Assembly: GCA_019058315.1 (NCBI GenBank)
Contig: JAHPZH010000003.1
Location: forward strand, 364,451 to 428,450
Direction: 5' to 3'
DNA: 64,000 nt
Origin: Candidatus Helarchaeota archaeon
GTDB taxonomy: Archaea > Asgardarchaeota > Lokiarchaeia > Helarchaeales > RDOG01
Shown: in pieces, positions 21,126 to 30,325 of the stretch
How positions within the stretch are numbered: position 1 is the stretch's first letter
How the letters are laid out: each line of letters starts with the position of its first letter
Made by a program: the position numbers and the translations under genes
Notes under the pieces: generated by a model
What the model saw: only the letters and a program-made list of their open reading frames with translations
Databases searched by the model: none
Told to the model about the DNA's origin: nothing

Positions 21126-21881
21126 ATGACTAAAGAGAAAATTATTGAATCCTTATTAATAGTTGATAAAAAAACAGGTAATATTTTTATTAATTATGTT
21201 CCTGCTAAAGATTTTGATAAAGATCCCAACTTAATTATAGGCTTATTAACTTCTTTTTTAAAATATACAAAAGATCTTGAACAAAAAAATTTAAAAATGT
21301 TGGATTTGGAAAGTTTTCGACTAATTTTTACGGAAAAATATGATATTATCTTTGTTGCAATTAGCAACCGATTAGTAAATCCGATGAATTTATTATTTAA
21401 GTTGAATACTATTCAGACTTTATTTCTAAACGAATTTACAGAAGATGAATTGTCTAATCCAAATATTCCTCCAAATTATTTTGATGACTTTATTGAGAAG
21501 ATACGTGAAATAATGAATGGTGATTTAAGAGTTCTAGAGAATAAACAGAGCGTTAAGAAAATTTTAGAGAGATTCAGTAAAGATAAAATCGTTATTGGCT
21601 CAGCAGTTTTATCATTTGCTGGAAATTTTCTTGTAAGTACTTTCACTAAAGATGAAACTAATCTAATTCAAGCTTTATTTAACACCAATTTTGAATTGAT
21701 AATCTCTGGTATAAAAAAGGCATTTATTGAGTTTCTAAATAGGACTTTTTATATTAGAAAAATTGATGATCAAACATTATTTGTAGTCATTATTAAAAAT
21801 GTTGAAGATTTTGAAAAAATACAGATAAAAATAGAGAAAGTTGAAAAAGAAATTATTAATGTGGTTAAGAAAACTAAATAA
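21126..21881 (+). CDS. Longin plus roadblock/profilin-like protein (copy 2)
   Basis: Paralog of 19753 (DKKTG, LIIGLLTS, LLFKLNTIQTLFLNE, GSAVLSFAGNFLV). Confidence 0.7.
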   Translation: MTKEKIIESLLIVDKKTGNIFINYVPAKDFDKDPNLIIGLLTSFLKYTKDLEQKNLKMLDLESFRLIFTEKYDIIFVAISNRLVNPMNLLFKLNTIQTLFLNEFTEDELSNPNIPPNYFDDFIEKIREIMNGDLRVLENKQSVKKILERFSKDKIVIGSAVLSFAGNFLVSTFTKDETNLIQALFNTNFELIISGIKKAFIEFLNRTFYIRKIDDQTLFVVIIKNVEDFEKIQIKIEKVEKEIINVVKKTK

Positions 21882-21901
21882 TTCTTGCAATTAATATGAA
21901 A

Positions 21902-23464
21902 TTATGGAGGTTTTGATGTAGATTTTTTTTCTTCTTCTTTTTCCATAAAATTTTTCATTGATAGATAATAAGAAGTATCAGATTTTAGCTTTTCTTGAAG
22001 AACTTGCTTTTGAAGTGATTTTAAATTTCTAGATCTTTTCCCATTAGATAATTTCTTTAATAATTTTATACCAAATGGCTTTTCTTTTTCAATTTCTTTG
22101 GTAATAATATAACCTTCCTTGATTGCATTTTGAAAGAGTTCTTCACCAATTTTTGTTCTAGTTATTACTGTATTCCAACCTCCAGGTGATCCAATGGACC
22201 CGGATGATATATCAGAGAGCTCATTTGTTAGGTCCACACATAAATGGCATGCGTGGCGAGCATATTTTGTTACATCTTTGATTGGTACCTGAACTGGTTC
22301 TCCCTCACCGCGATGGACAAAGAATTTTCCCTTATCAATATTCATTTTTGTAGCTTCGGTAAGAGAAGTTTGACAATTCTCTTCTACTATTTTAATTAAA
22401 TTTGGATAGGGAAAACTTTCCATACAAAAAATCCCAATAATATATTTAACATTTCCCCATATTTCTGACATTATATTAGATGTGACTTGATATTTTCGCA
22501 TTGCTTGAACTTGGCAGGGAGTTCCTACAAAGGCAATAGATTTTAGTCCAGAGACTTTTATTAGATCTAGTGCTGATAAGTTTGCTGCGACTGAATATAT
22601 TGTACCTGCGGCTTTAATTGCCTCATCTTTATTTCTAATTAAAATTGGTTGTGTATTCCAAGGTTCACCTTCTTTTTGAACTACTCCAATAGCCCCATCA
22701 ATAAGATTCTTATCAAACAGATAAGTCAAAAGTGTTGTTACTATCCCTCCATCTTGGGCTACTTTTTTAATTTTTTGATCTTTGGTTTGAGCAGAAACTA
22801 CAGTTATATTCAAACCAACTGGATCAGCTTTAAGTTCTTTAATAAAATCAACTTTTTTATCATTCATATATCCTTTTAATACATTTATATGTAGAAAAGT
22901 CCTCGGACAACTCGCCCAACAGAGCCCGCAATGAATACATTTATTTTCATCAACAGTGGGTGTTTCTCCCATTGTGATTGCTTTTACTGGGCAAATACTA
23001 AAGCATGCCCCACAACCACAACATAATTCCTTTTCAACAATAGGAGTTATCGGCTCTAATGGCACTTTATATGTTGTGGCAGAAGTTAATTTTAAAAAAA
23101 TATTACCATTTTCTTCAGACATTATAATTTTTGGTTTAAAACTTAATTCAGAGGTCCCTTGTTTTATATCTATTAAATTATCACCAATTAATTCAGCAAG
23201 GGCTTTGTAAACTTCAAATTCTGTAAATTCAGTATTTTCAATAATTTCTGGAACGGTTAAAAATCCATTTTTTTTAATTAATAATAGAATCCTATGTTTA
23301 ATCAACTCAATATCATAAATTTTATCAATTATTGCATCTAATTCTAAAGGAGAAATACGTCCACTATTCAATATTACCTTCTGGTTTTCCAATAAATTTT
23401 TTATCTTAAAACTTATTGCTGCTTCACAAACTGCATTGAATGTTTCTTTATCTACTTTTTCCAT
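21902..23464 (-). CDS. FrhB/FdhB-family F420-binding flavoprotein with N-terminal wHTH and ferredoxin domains
   Basis: CCGCGACFSICP, CIHCGLCWASCP, AQDGGIVT, VGTPCQ, IGIFCME, ACHLCVD, SSGSIGSPGGWNTV; ATG 23464 after GGTGA. Confidence 0.88.
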   Translation of the reverse strand: MEKVDKETFNAVCEAAISFKIKNLLENQKVILNSGRISPLELDAIIDKIYDIELIKHRILLLIKKNGFLTVPEIIENTEFTEFEVYKALAELIGDNLIDIKQGTSELSFKPKIIMSEENGNIFLKLTSATTYKVPLEPITPIVEKELCCGCGACFSICPVKAITMGETPTVDENKCIHCGLCWASCPRTFLHINVLKGYMNDKKVDFIKELKADPVGLNITVVSAQTKDQKIKKVAQDGGIVTTLLTYLFDKNLIDGAIGVVQKEGEPWNTQPILIRNKDEAIKAAGTIYSVAANLSALDLIKVSGLKSIAFVGTPCQVQAMRKYQVTSNIMSEIWGNVKYIIGIFCMESFPYPNLIKIVEENCQTSLTEATKMNIDKGKFFVHRGEGEPVQVPIKDVTKYARHACHLCVDLTNELSDISSGSIGSPGGWNTVITRTKIGEELFQNAIKEGYIITKEIEKEKPFGIKLLKKLSNGKRSRNLKSLQKQVLQEKLKSDTSYYLSMKNFMEKEEEKKSTSKPP

Positions 23465-23487
23465 GGGATTCACCTAATTTTTTTTAT

Positions 23488-23553
23488 ACCCCTTTGGTTG
23501 CATTCCAAAGAATTTCTGTTAGACTCTAAGTTTTTTTCTAACAGATTTTGGGT
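23488..23553 (-). ncRNA. Candidate SECIS-like structured 3' element of mvhD
   Basis: ACCC-AAAA-UCUGUUAGA-(13 nt A-rich loop)-UCUAACAGA-AAUU-CUUUGG-AAUGCAA-CCAAAG-GGGU, 1 nt after the stop; second copy after hdrA. Confidence 0.7.
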
Positions 23554-23554
23554 T

Positions 23555-23971
23555 TTAAACATTAACAGAACGAATAGGATTAGGACCTAATTTTTGCAGG
23601 TGACCAATCGTATCTTCAACCGCTTGCACAAACCTATTTACTTCAGCCGCACTACATTGGTAAAGGTTGACTCTACCTCCACCTAAACCGGACTTATCGA
23701 GGACTCTTTTGATAAATAGAATTCTTTCGTTAGCCCTGATATTACCATCTTTGAAATCACACTCGCCAAAGTGTCATCCAACAACCATAACAGCATCTGC
23801 ACCAGCTCGAATTGCATGCATTATATGGGCAATATCAATACGTCCAGTGCATCTAAGACGAATTATTTTAACACCAGTATTATATTTCATTCGGCAAGTT
23901 CCAGTTAAATCAGCAGCAGAATAACCTCATTTATCACATGCAAATAGGACCACATTAAATTTGGGATCCAT
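23555..23971 (-). CDS. mvhD: MvhD/VhuD [2Fe-2S] subunit, selenoprotein (Sec15, Sec66), 138 aa
   Basis: Manual translation MDPKFNVVLFACDK-U-GYSAADLTG..RLRCTGRID..VMVVG-U-HFGECDF..CSAAE..LGPNP; TGA at 23927-23929 and 23774-23776 occupy conserved Cys positions. Confidence 0.93.
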
Positions 23972-24010
23972 ATAAATACCTTCTTTTTCATCACCTTTTA
24001 TAAATTTTTA

Positions 24011-24078
24011 ACCCCCTTTGGTTGCATTCCAAAGGATTTTCTATTAGATTAAATCTTTTTCTCTAATAGAATTTGGGT
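24011..24078 (-). ncRNA. Candidate SECIS-like structured 3' element of hdrA
   Basis: ACCC-AAA-UUCUAUUAGA-(13 nt A-rich loop)-UCUAAUAGAA-AAU-CCUUUGG-AAUGCAA-CCAAAGG-GGGU, 2 nt after the stop. Confidence 0.7.
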
Positions 24079-24080
24079 GT

Positions 24081-26072
24081 TTAAGTTTGAATTTCTTCTT
24101 CTAACATAGCTTCAACTTGGTTATCAATTGTCTCGTCCCTATAGTATCTAAGACTTAAGGCACGTGCAGGACAACTCGCAACACAAATTCCACAGCCTTT
24201 ACAAAGCATCTCATCTACTTCAGCGATACCATTTTCATTAATAGTAATTGCACCATAAGGGCAATTTCTTTCGCACGTTCCACAACCAACACATAATTCT
24301 TCGATAACGCTTGGATTAATAAGCTCCAATAGAAACCTTTCAGCTAATACAAAGTCAGTAGCTGCAATAGCTGCGGCTTTAGCAGTTGATACTGAGTATG
24401 GCACATTCTTTGGACCATGAGCAGCACCGCATATATATACTCCGCTGACTTTAGTTTCTTGTGGGCTCAAACATCCATGTATTTCTTTTAGAAAACCACT
24501 AGGTGCTTTATCAAGTCCTAAAATATCCATTATTTTCTTTGTAGAACTTGCAGGAACCATCGCCACCGATAAAACCACAAGGTCAAATTCTTCTTTAATT
24601 ACTTTTCCTTGAAGTGTATCCTCGCCTCGTAATATAAGATTCTTTGTCTCTGGATCTTCTTTAACTACTCCAATTTTTCCACGAATGAACCGTATATCGG
24701 GATTTTGTCCGCGTATTCTTGAATAATATTCTTCTTGATCTTTGTCAGCAGTTCTTATATCAATGTAGAAGATTGAAAGGTCCATATTATCAAATTCTTG
24801 CATTAGTAATTGAGCATTTTTAATTGCAACCATACAGCAGACACCACCTGAACAATAAGCGTTATCTTTTAGATTTCGTGATCCAACACATTGTATCATT
24901 GCTACTTTTTTTGGAACCTTACCATCACTCGGTCTTGTTATATGCCCACCAGTAGGCCCTGTCGGGCTTAACATGCGCTCAAGTTCAATTTGGGTAACAA
25001 CATTTAGATATTTACCATATCCATATTCGCCAGTTGGATCATATATATCAAATCCCGTAGCTATTATAATTGCGCCGACGTCCAATTCAATTTCTTCAGG
25101 CTCTTGTTCGTATTTTATTGCTCCTGCGAGACAATTTTTTTCACATTGTTTACAATTAATACAGTATTCTTTTGAAATATATGCAACTTTTGGGACTGCT
25201 TGGGGAAATAATATGTTGATTGCCTTTCTAGTACCTAAACCATAATTAAATTCGTTTGGGATATTTATCGGACAAACTTCCATACATCTACCACAGCCCG
25301 TGCAGACATTTTCATCAACGAATTTGGCATTTTTCTTAATTTTAACCTTAAATTGTCCTGCAGTTCCTGAAATATCCTCAACTTCAGAATAAGTAAGTAT
25401 TTGAACATTAGGATGTTTTGCTACTTCGACCATTTTAGGGGCCAATATTCAGATTGCACAATCATCTGTAGGAAATACTCGATCTAATTGTGCCATTTTT
25501 CCTCCAATACTTGGGGATGACTCAATAAGATAAACGGGAGTTCCAGTATTAGCAACACCTAAAGCGGCTGAGATACCACCAATTCCACCACCAATGACCA
25601 TCACCGATTTATATACATCCATTTCTTTTATTGGAACATCTTCCATTTGATTTGCTCTTGCAATACCGCCTTTCATTAATTGGATAGCTTTTTCAGTAGC
25701 AGCTTTAGGATCCTTCGAATGAACAAATGATACTTGTTCTCGTAAGTTAACCATTTCAAAGAAGTATTTACTTATACCAGCAGATTCAAGAAGGGCTCTA
25801 TAAGTCGGTTCATGAATTTTTGGGGTTCATGCACCAACAACAACTCGGTTAAGTCCGAGTTTTTCAATATCTTCCTTAATCATATTTTGTGGAGTAGAAC
25901 TACACATAAATGCGGCTGTTTTAGATAGAACTACGTTTGGTTCGTTTTCTAAAGCTTTAGCGACTTTCTCAACGTCCACCACACCACCGATGTTTACGCC
26001 TCAAAAGCAGACATAAACACCTATCTTTATCGAACTTTCAATATTTTTTCCAATGCTGTTTTCATCTTGCAT
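24081..26072 (-). CDS. hdrA: Heterodisulfide reductase subunit A, selenoprotein (Sec24, Sec82, Sec208), 663 aa
   Basis: One frame from ATG 26072: IGVYVCF-U-GVNIGG (TGA 26001-26003), VVVGA-U-TPKIHE (25827-25829), TDDCAI-U-ILAPKM (25449-25451); GGGIGG FAD motif, IQCVGSR, ferredoxin motifs. Joins ORF-track pieces 25449..25754 and 24081..25445. Confidence 0.93.
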
Positions 26073-26128
26073 TTTACACACCTTTCTTTACATCACTCCT
26101 AAAAAGGATTTTGAAATAATAATAATTC

Positions 26129-26299
26129 TTAATGTCCAATTAAAGCTCGTTTTGCTCTAAAAATAACTTTATTTCTATCACAATTTTCTTCTTCAGCTAT
26201 AGTTATTAGCAATTTCAACGTCTTACCGCCCTTGAGATCAAGAGCTGTCATAATTTCTTTAGCAAAATCGCGAATTTTTGGATCTACTTTTTTGGCCAT
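26129..26299 (-). CDS. Small basic hypothetical protein (56 aa) upstream of hdrA
   Basis: Manual: MAKKVDPKIRDFAKEIMTALDLKGGKTLKLLITIAEEENCDRNKVIFRAKRALIGH; co-oriented within the gene run. Confidence 0.6.
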   Translation of the reverse strand: MAKKVDPKIRDFAKEIMTALDLKGGKTLKLLITIAEEENCDRNKVIFRAKRALIGH

Positions 26300-26410
26300 T
26301 TAAAACACGGTTTATCTTTTTCCAATAATGGTAAAATACAATAAGATTTAAAATATTATCCAAGATTACGGATATGAGAGAAATAATATAAAAAATAGGG
26401 GAGATTTTTA

Positions 26411-27571
26411 TTATGAAATATTTTTAGAAACAGTATTTTGATTATTATCTTCTATTTTAAGTTGTAACATTGTAATATCGGGATTATATTTATAATTGAC
26501 TGTTATATCTTGATTAGAATCCCATTTAATCTTTCCTAACATGTTAGGTGGTAGTTCAAAGAATTCAGATTGAATCCCACTAACTTGTATAGTAACTCCT
26601 TCGAAATTATTTTTAGTTTTATTTTTCAAAGTAATTTTTATGCTATTTCCGTCAATTTCCTTTTTTACAAGTTCAATTTGATCGGGGGTTATTATTTTAC
26701 CCAAAGCATTACTCTTTTCTCCTACAATAGGACTAAATAAGTCCGGTTCGGTTACTTTACCTTCGATGATATTTATAGGGATTGTAAATTGGGTTTTTTC
26801 ACCTTTAAAACTGGTTGCCTCTATCTTTAAATACCAGCTATTTTGGTCCCCAACTCTATGATTTACTCCTAGACTGACTTGTGTTTCCCATAGATAGTTA
26901 TGAGAAGGTTCTGCATCAGTTGGGATCTTTAAATTAAGCTTTCCATTCGTAGGGGGATTTTTAATATTGGATTTGGCTTTTTGAATTGGAGGTTTCTTTT
27001 TATTATGAACACATTGCTTCCAGAACTCAGGGCATTGGCAAATTGTGTTAATATCTTGGATTAATTCAACGTTAAGTTCCTTATAATTTTCCAAAGTATA
27101 TTCCAAATCTATATTTTCATCAGGCATAAAAGTATCTTTAGATATACTAATTGCTACCCCTTTTATCTTTACATCAATAGGATGAGAGGACATACGTTCT
27201 GTAGCTGTTGCTTTAATAAATATTGATTTATCGCTAAAATAATTCTCTTCCTGTTTTGTTTTATTATTGATTAGGGACAGGTTTGCTCTTATAAAATAGG
27301 TAATACGTGAGTCAATGCTTGGCACTACACGGCGACTGATAGGTATGCTTCTTAATCTTTTATAAGTACCATTTTCAAAAATACCTTTATAAAAAATATC
27401 ATTTTTTGATATAATCAGCTCTTTCGCACAAGGTCGTTTAATATATAAACGTACACCGCCCCATGTAATGTCTATCTGTTCTTCTTCAAGTTCGTTCATA
27501 TTAAATTTAGACGAAACTGTAGTGGGAATTCCGACTTTCGCAATTTTTTCTGTTTCGAGATTTACTAACAT
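26411..27571 (-). CDS. Arrestin-fold (N+C) protein with C-terminal shared beta domain
   Basis: GTYKRLRSIPISRRVVPS..ITYFIRANL; ISISKDTFMPDENIDL..LKIPTDAEPS..WYLKIE..IPINI arrestin-like patterns; C-terminal IQSEFFE domain. Confidence 0.65.
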   Translation of the reverse strand: MLVNLETEKIAKVGIPTTVSSKFNMNELEEEQIDITWGGVRLYIKRPCAKELIISKNDIFYKGIFENGTYKRLRSIPISRRVVPSIDSRITYFIRANLSLINNKTKQEENYFSDKSIFIKATATERMSSHPIDVKIKGVAISISKDTFMPDENIDLEYTLENYKELNVELIQDINTICQCPEFWKQCVHNKKKPPIQKAKSNIKNPPTNGKLNLKIPTDAEPSHNYLWETQVSLGVNHRVGDQNSWYLKIEATSFKGEKTQFTIPINIIEGKVTEPDLFSPIVGEKSNALGKIITPDQIELVKKEIDGNSIKITLKNKTKNNFEGVTIQVSGIQSEFFELPPNMLGKIKWDSNQDITVNYKYNPDITMLQLKIEDNNQNTVSKNIS

Positions 27572-27598
27572 ATAAATTTCACATAAAAAAAAGGAATT

Positions 27599-28510
27599 TT
27601 ATTCTTGATGTGCTCTAACGACTAAATCTGCAAATAGTTCCATGTCAACGAGTAGAGTTTTTATTTGATCTTTAGAAGCACTGTCCAAATCCTTAGGTCT
27701 CATTAAAAGAACGCTTAAAATGTACTTGAAAATATATATTTCAATTTCTTTATCAGCTTCTTTTGATTCACCTTTAAAATAAACGGAATCTGCATTAAAG
27801 AAATTTTCTCGCATCGTATTACAAGAACTAATGAAATCTCTAAGATCAGCTCTTAATTGTAAACCAGCAGAAATTCCAGGAACATTATGAACTATTACAT
27901 TACCATTTATGTCGCTAATTATGATTTTTGCTTTTATTTCAGATAATTGCTTTTCTGCATTTTCTACATGTGATTGTAGATCTTTATAATTTGCGACAAG
28001 TAAATCCCGAAAAACTATAGATAACTTCTCTTGTTCATAGATTGAGGTAATTCGTTCTTCTGGGTTCCAATTTTCAAAAATCTTTGGGAAAATTCCTTTT
28101 GCCTTTTGTAAATTTGTATCTAGAAGTTCTTTTTGGTAGCCTTGAGCATCATATTTATGATAGAAAATTAAAACGGTAGGTTTAATATTTAAATCATCAA
28201 ATGCTTTCTTTAGTTTCTTAAAGTAATCTACTGCTGTGTCAAATTTATCTGGGTCATGTAAATCGATAATTGGGATTAAAACATCAGTTTCCTTAAAGAT
28301 TTCAGGTTTAGCTAAGTAATCTGCTCTGAATTGATCTTGTCCTCCAAAATCGAAGAAACTAACATTTAGTCCGAGATATGGATGAGATCTAACTTCATAC
28401 ATTACAGTAGGTCGAAATGATTTTGTATCTTCTGGACTTTTTGATGCGAATGTTGTTGCGTATATACTTGTCTTTCCACAACCACTTATTCCTACAAGCG
28501 ATATTTTCAT
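27599..28510 (-). CDS. Rag/Gtr-like small GTPase with C-terminal roadblock-like domain
   Basis: GISGCGKTS, RPT switch I, DFGGQ, HKYD G4 (Rag-type His); C-terminal IIISDINGNVIV. Confidence 0.8.
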   Translation of the reverse strand: MKISLVGISGCGKTSIYATTFASKSPEDTKSFRPTVMYEVRSHPYLGLNVSFFDFGGQDQFRADYLAKPEIFKETDVLIPIIDLHDPDKFDTAVDYFKKLKKAFDDLNIKPTVLIFYHKYDAQGYQKELLDTNLQKAKGIFPKIFENWNPEERITSIYEQEKLSIVFRDLLVANYKDLQSHVENAEKQLSEIKAKIIISDINGNVIVHNVPGISAGLQLRADLRDFISSCNTMRENFFNADSVYFKGESKEADKEIEIYIFKYILSVLLMRPKDLDSASKDQIKTLLVDMELFADLVVRAHQE

Positions 28511-28577
28511 TTTTTCTTCACTTCACCTAATTACATTTTTTATAATATTTTTAATTTTTTCAATTATCAAGAAATTA

Positions 28578-30059
28578 TTACTTTTTAGCTTGTTTTTTCT
28601 CAAGTATTTTTTGAATGTTTGCAACTCGTGAGAGTACTAGACCCTTATAGTCATTTAATTGAATTAAATATTCAGTATCATCTTTAGTTCTTGGATACTC
28701 GAATTCTAGTTCCTCGAAAGGATACCATACTTTAATATTAGTTTCCCAAGATGCCACTTCAAAGAAATCTTGAACGCTTGCAATATGAACCTTAACATTA
28801 TCTAGTGTTTCCCCGCTAGAATTTGTTACTATAAATCTAATGAACTTATTATCTAAGTCTGTTTTTACTAATTTAACCATCTTTCGTGCAGCTGCTTTAA
28901 TAATATCATCCTTAGTAGCAGGTTCATATTTTGGTCTTTCAACTACTTCTTGAGGAGCTTGATATACAAATTTTCTCCTTGATTTAATTGTGTATAGACT
29001 TTGTTTTTTCATTTTCGCTAGATTTAGAACAAATCGTAATTTACCTCTTTCTAAAGGTTTTGCTTCAATATAACCATTATCAATAGCATCTTGAAAAAGT
29101 TCCCAACCTAGCCCTGTTCGGATTAGAACTGTTGAATATCCATCAGCAGATCCTACGGAACCTACAGAAATGTCTGAATGCTCAGAAGTGAGGTCTGTAC
29201 AATAATAACAAGAACTTGACTTATATCTGTTTAAAGCATGAACCTTTCTTACTATTTCTTCTCCATTTTTAAGATGAAAAATGAATTTACCCTTAGAGAT
29301 TGAACATTTTTGAACATTATTCCAACTAGAATTATTATCTGCTAGGAATCCGCTTAATCCTTCATACGAAAAAGAATCCATACAAAATAAACCAATCTTA
29401 AATATATTAGCCCGCATAAATAGTTTCAATAGTCCAAATGGTGATTTTTGCATTTTATCAACAGAATCGATGTTGCATGGAGTTCCTACGAACCCGATAG
29501 AGTGAGCTCCTTTCCTTAAAGAGTCGATTAATGGAATTACTGTCTGAGAATGGCAATATATCGAACCTGATGACTCTAATAGTTCTTCCTTTGAAGTTAC
29601 ATATTTAGGAATTGGTTTCCAAGGTTCTTCTTTGCTTTTAAGAGTAACTATTACACCATCAAATAGTTTCGAATCGAGACCATAAAGTAATAATGCAGTA
29701 ACTACGCCTCCATCTTGACCTTTAATTTCAGTATTAGTAGCTTTTGCAGTAAAAGCAGCTTTATATTCACCGATTAAGCCAGGAATAGTAGTTATTGTTC
29801 GTGGACACTGATTGTAACAAATTCCACATCCTGTACATTTACCACTTAATTTGGGTCGGTCTGTAATAGGATCCCATATCAGCACATCACAAGTTGCCAC
29901 ACAAGCGGAACATTTTGTGCAAACTCCACTATCAACTATTTCTCGCATTAATTTTCCAAAGCTATCCTTTCTTTCTTCAGCCTCTAGACGTTTTCCAGCG
30001 TATTTGAATGATTCCAAGTAACTTTCAGTTTCTTTTTCTGTGTCTTCAGTATTAGACAT
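28578..30059 (-). CDS. FrhB-family protein with C-terminal shared beta domain
   Basis: CTKCSACVATC, CTGCGICYNQCP, GQDGGVVT, VGTPCN, IGLFCMD, SCYYCTD, ISVGSVGS; ~100-aa extra C-terminal domain. Confidence 0.88.
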   Translation of the reverse strand: MSNTEDTEKETESYLESFKYAGKRLEAEERKDSFGKLMREIVDSGVCTKCSACVATCDVLIWDPITDRPKLSGKCTGCGICYNQCPRTITTIPGLIGEYKAAFTAKATNTEIKGQDGGVVTALLLYGLDSKLFDGVIVTLKSKEEPWKPIPKYVTSKEELLESSGSIYCHSQTVIPLIDSLRKGAHSIGFVGTPCNIDSVDKMQKSPFGLLKLFMRANIFKIGLFCMDSFSYEGLSGFLADNNSSWNNVQKCSISKGKFIFHLKNGEEIVRKVHALNRYKSSSCYYCTDLTSEHSDISVGSVGSADGYSTVLIRTGLGWELFQDAIDNGYIEAKPLERGKLRFVLNLAKMKKQSLYTIKSRRKFVYQAPQEVVERPKYEPATKDDIIKAAARKMVKLVKTDLDNKFIRFIVTNSSGETLDNVKVHIASVQDFFEVASWETNIKVWYPFEELEFEYPRTKDDTEYLIQLNDYKGLVLSRVANIQKILEKKQAKK

Positions 30060-30325
30060 AATTATAACTTCCCTTTCTTGATTTTTACTTATTCTATAAA
30101 TTAATTTCTAATTGATTAAAAAATATTGTTAATGAGTATTTTTTTAATTTTGTTATACAAAAATTGGTAAAAATGCATAAAATCAATTAATAAAAAATTT
30201 AAAATTTCTAAAAACATAAATAAATCCTTATATTTTTTAATGAAATTTAACAACCCGCTCTTTTTTAATTTAATATTAAAAATTTAATATATTTCTAAAA
30301 TATACAAAAAATTAAATCAAAAATA

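Noticed and set aside
23667-23924. Plus-strand 85-aa ORF in the track
   Set aside because: Antisense shadow of mvhD.
23905-23991. Out-of-frame ATG ORF overlapping the mvhD start as a regulatory uORF
   Set aside because: The SD-like GGTGA overlaps the ATG with no spacing; no other support.
24015-24035. Invariant hairpin with a 7-nt loop as a tRNA anticodon arm or tRNA gene
   Set aside because: The loop AAUGCAA lacks U33, and there are no D/T arms or acceptor stem.
23555-26072. hdrA and mvhD as nonsense-mutated pseudogenes, or genome-wide UGA reassignment
   Set aside because: All five stops are TGA at conserved Cys positions with frames otherwise intact, and TGA terminates many other genes in the window.
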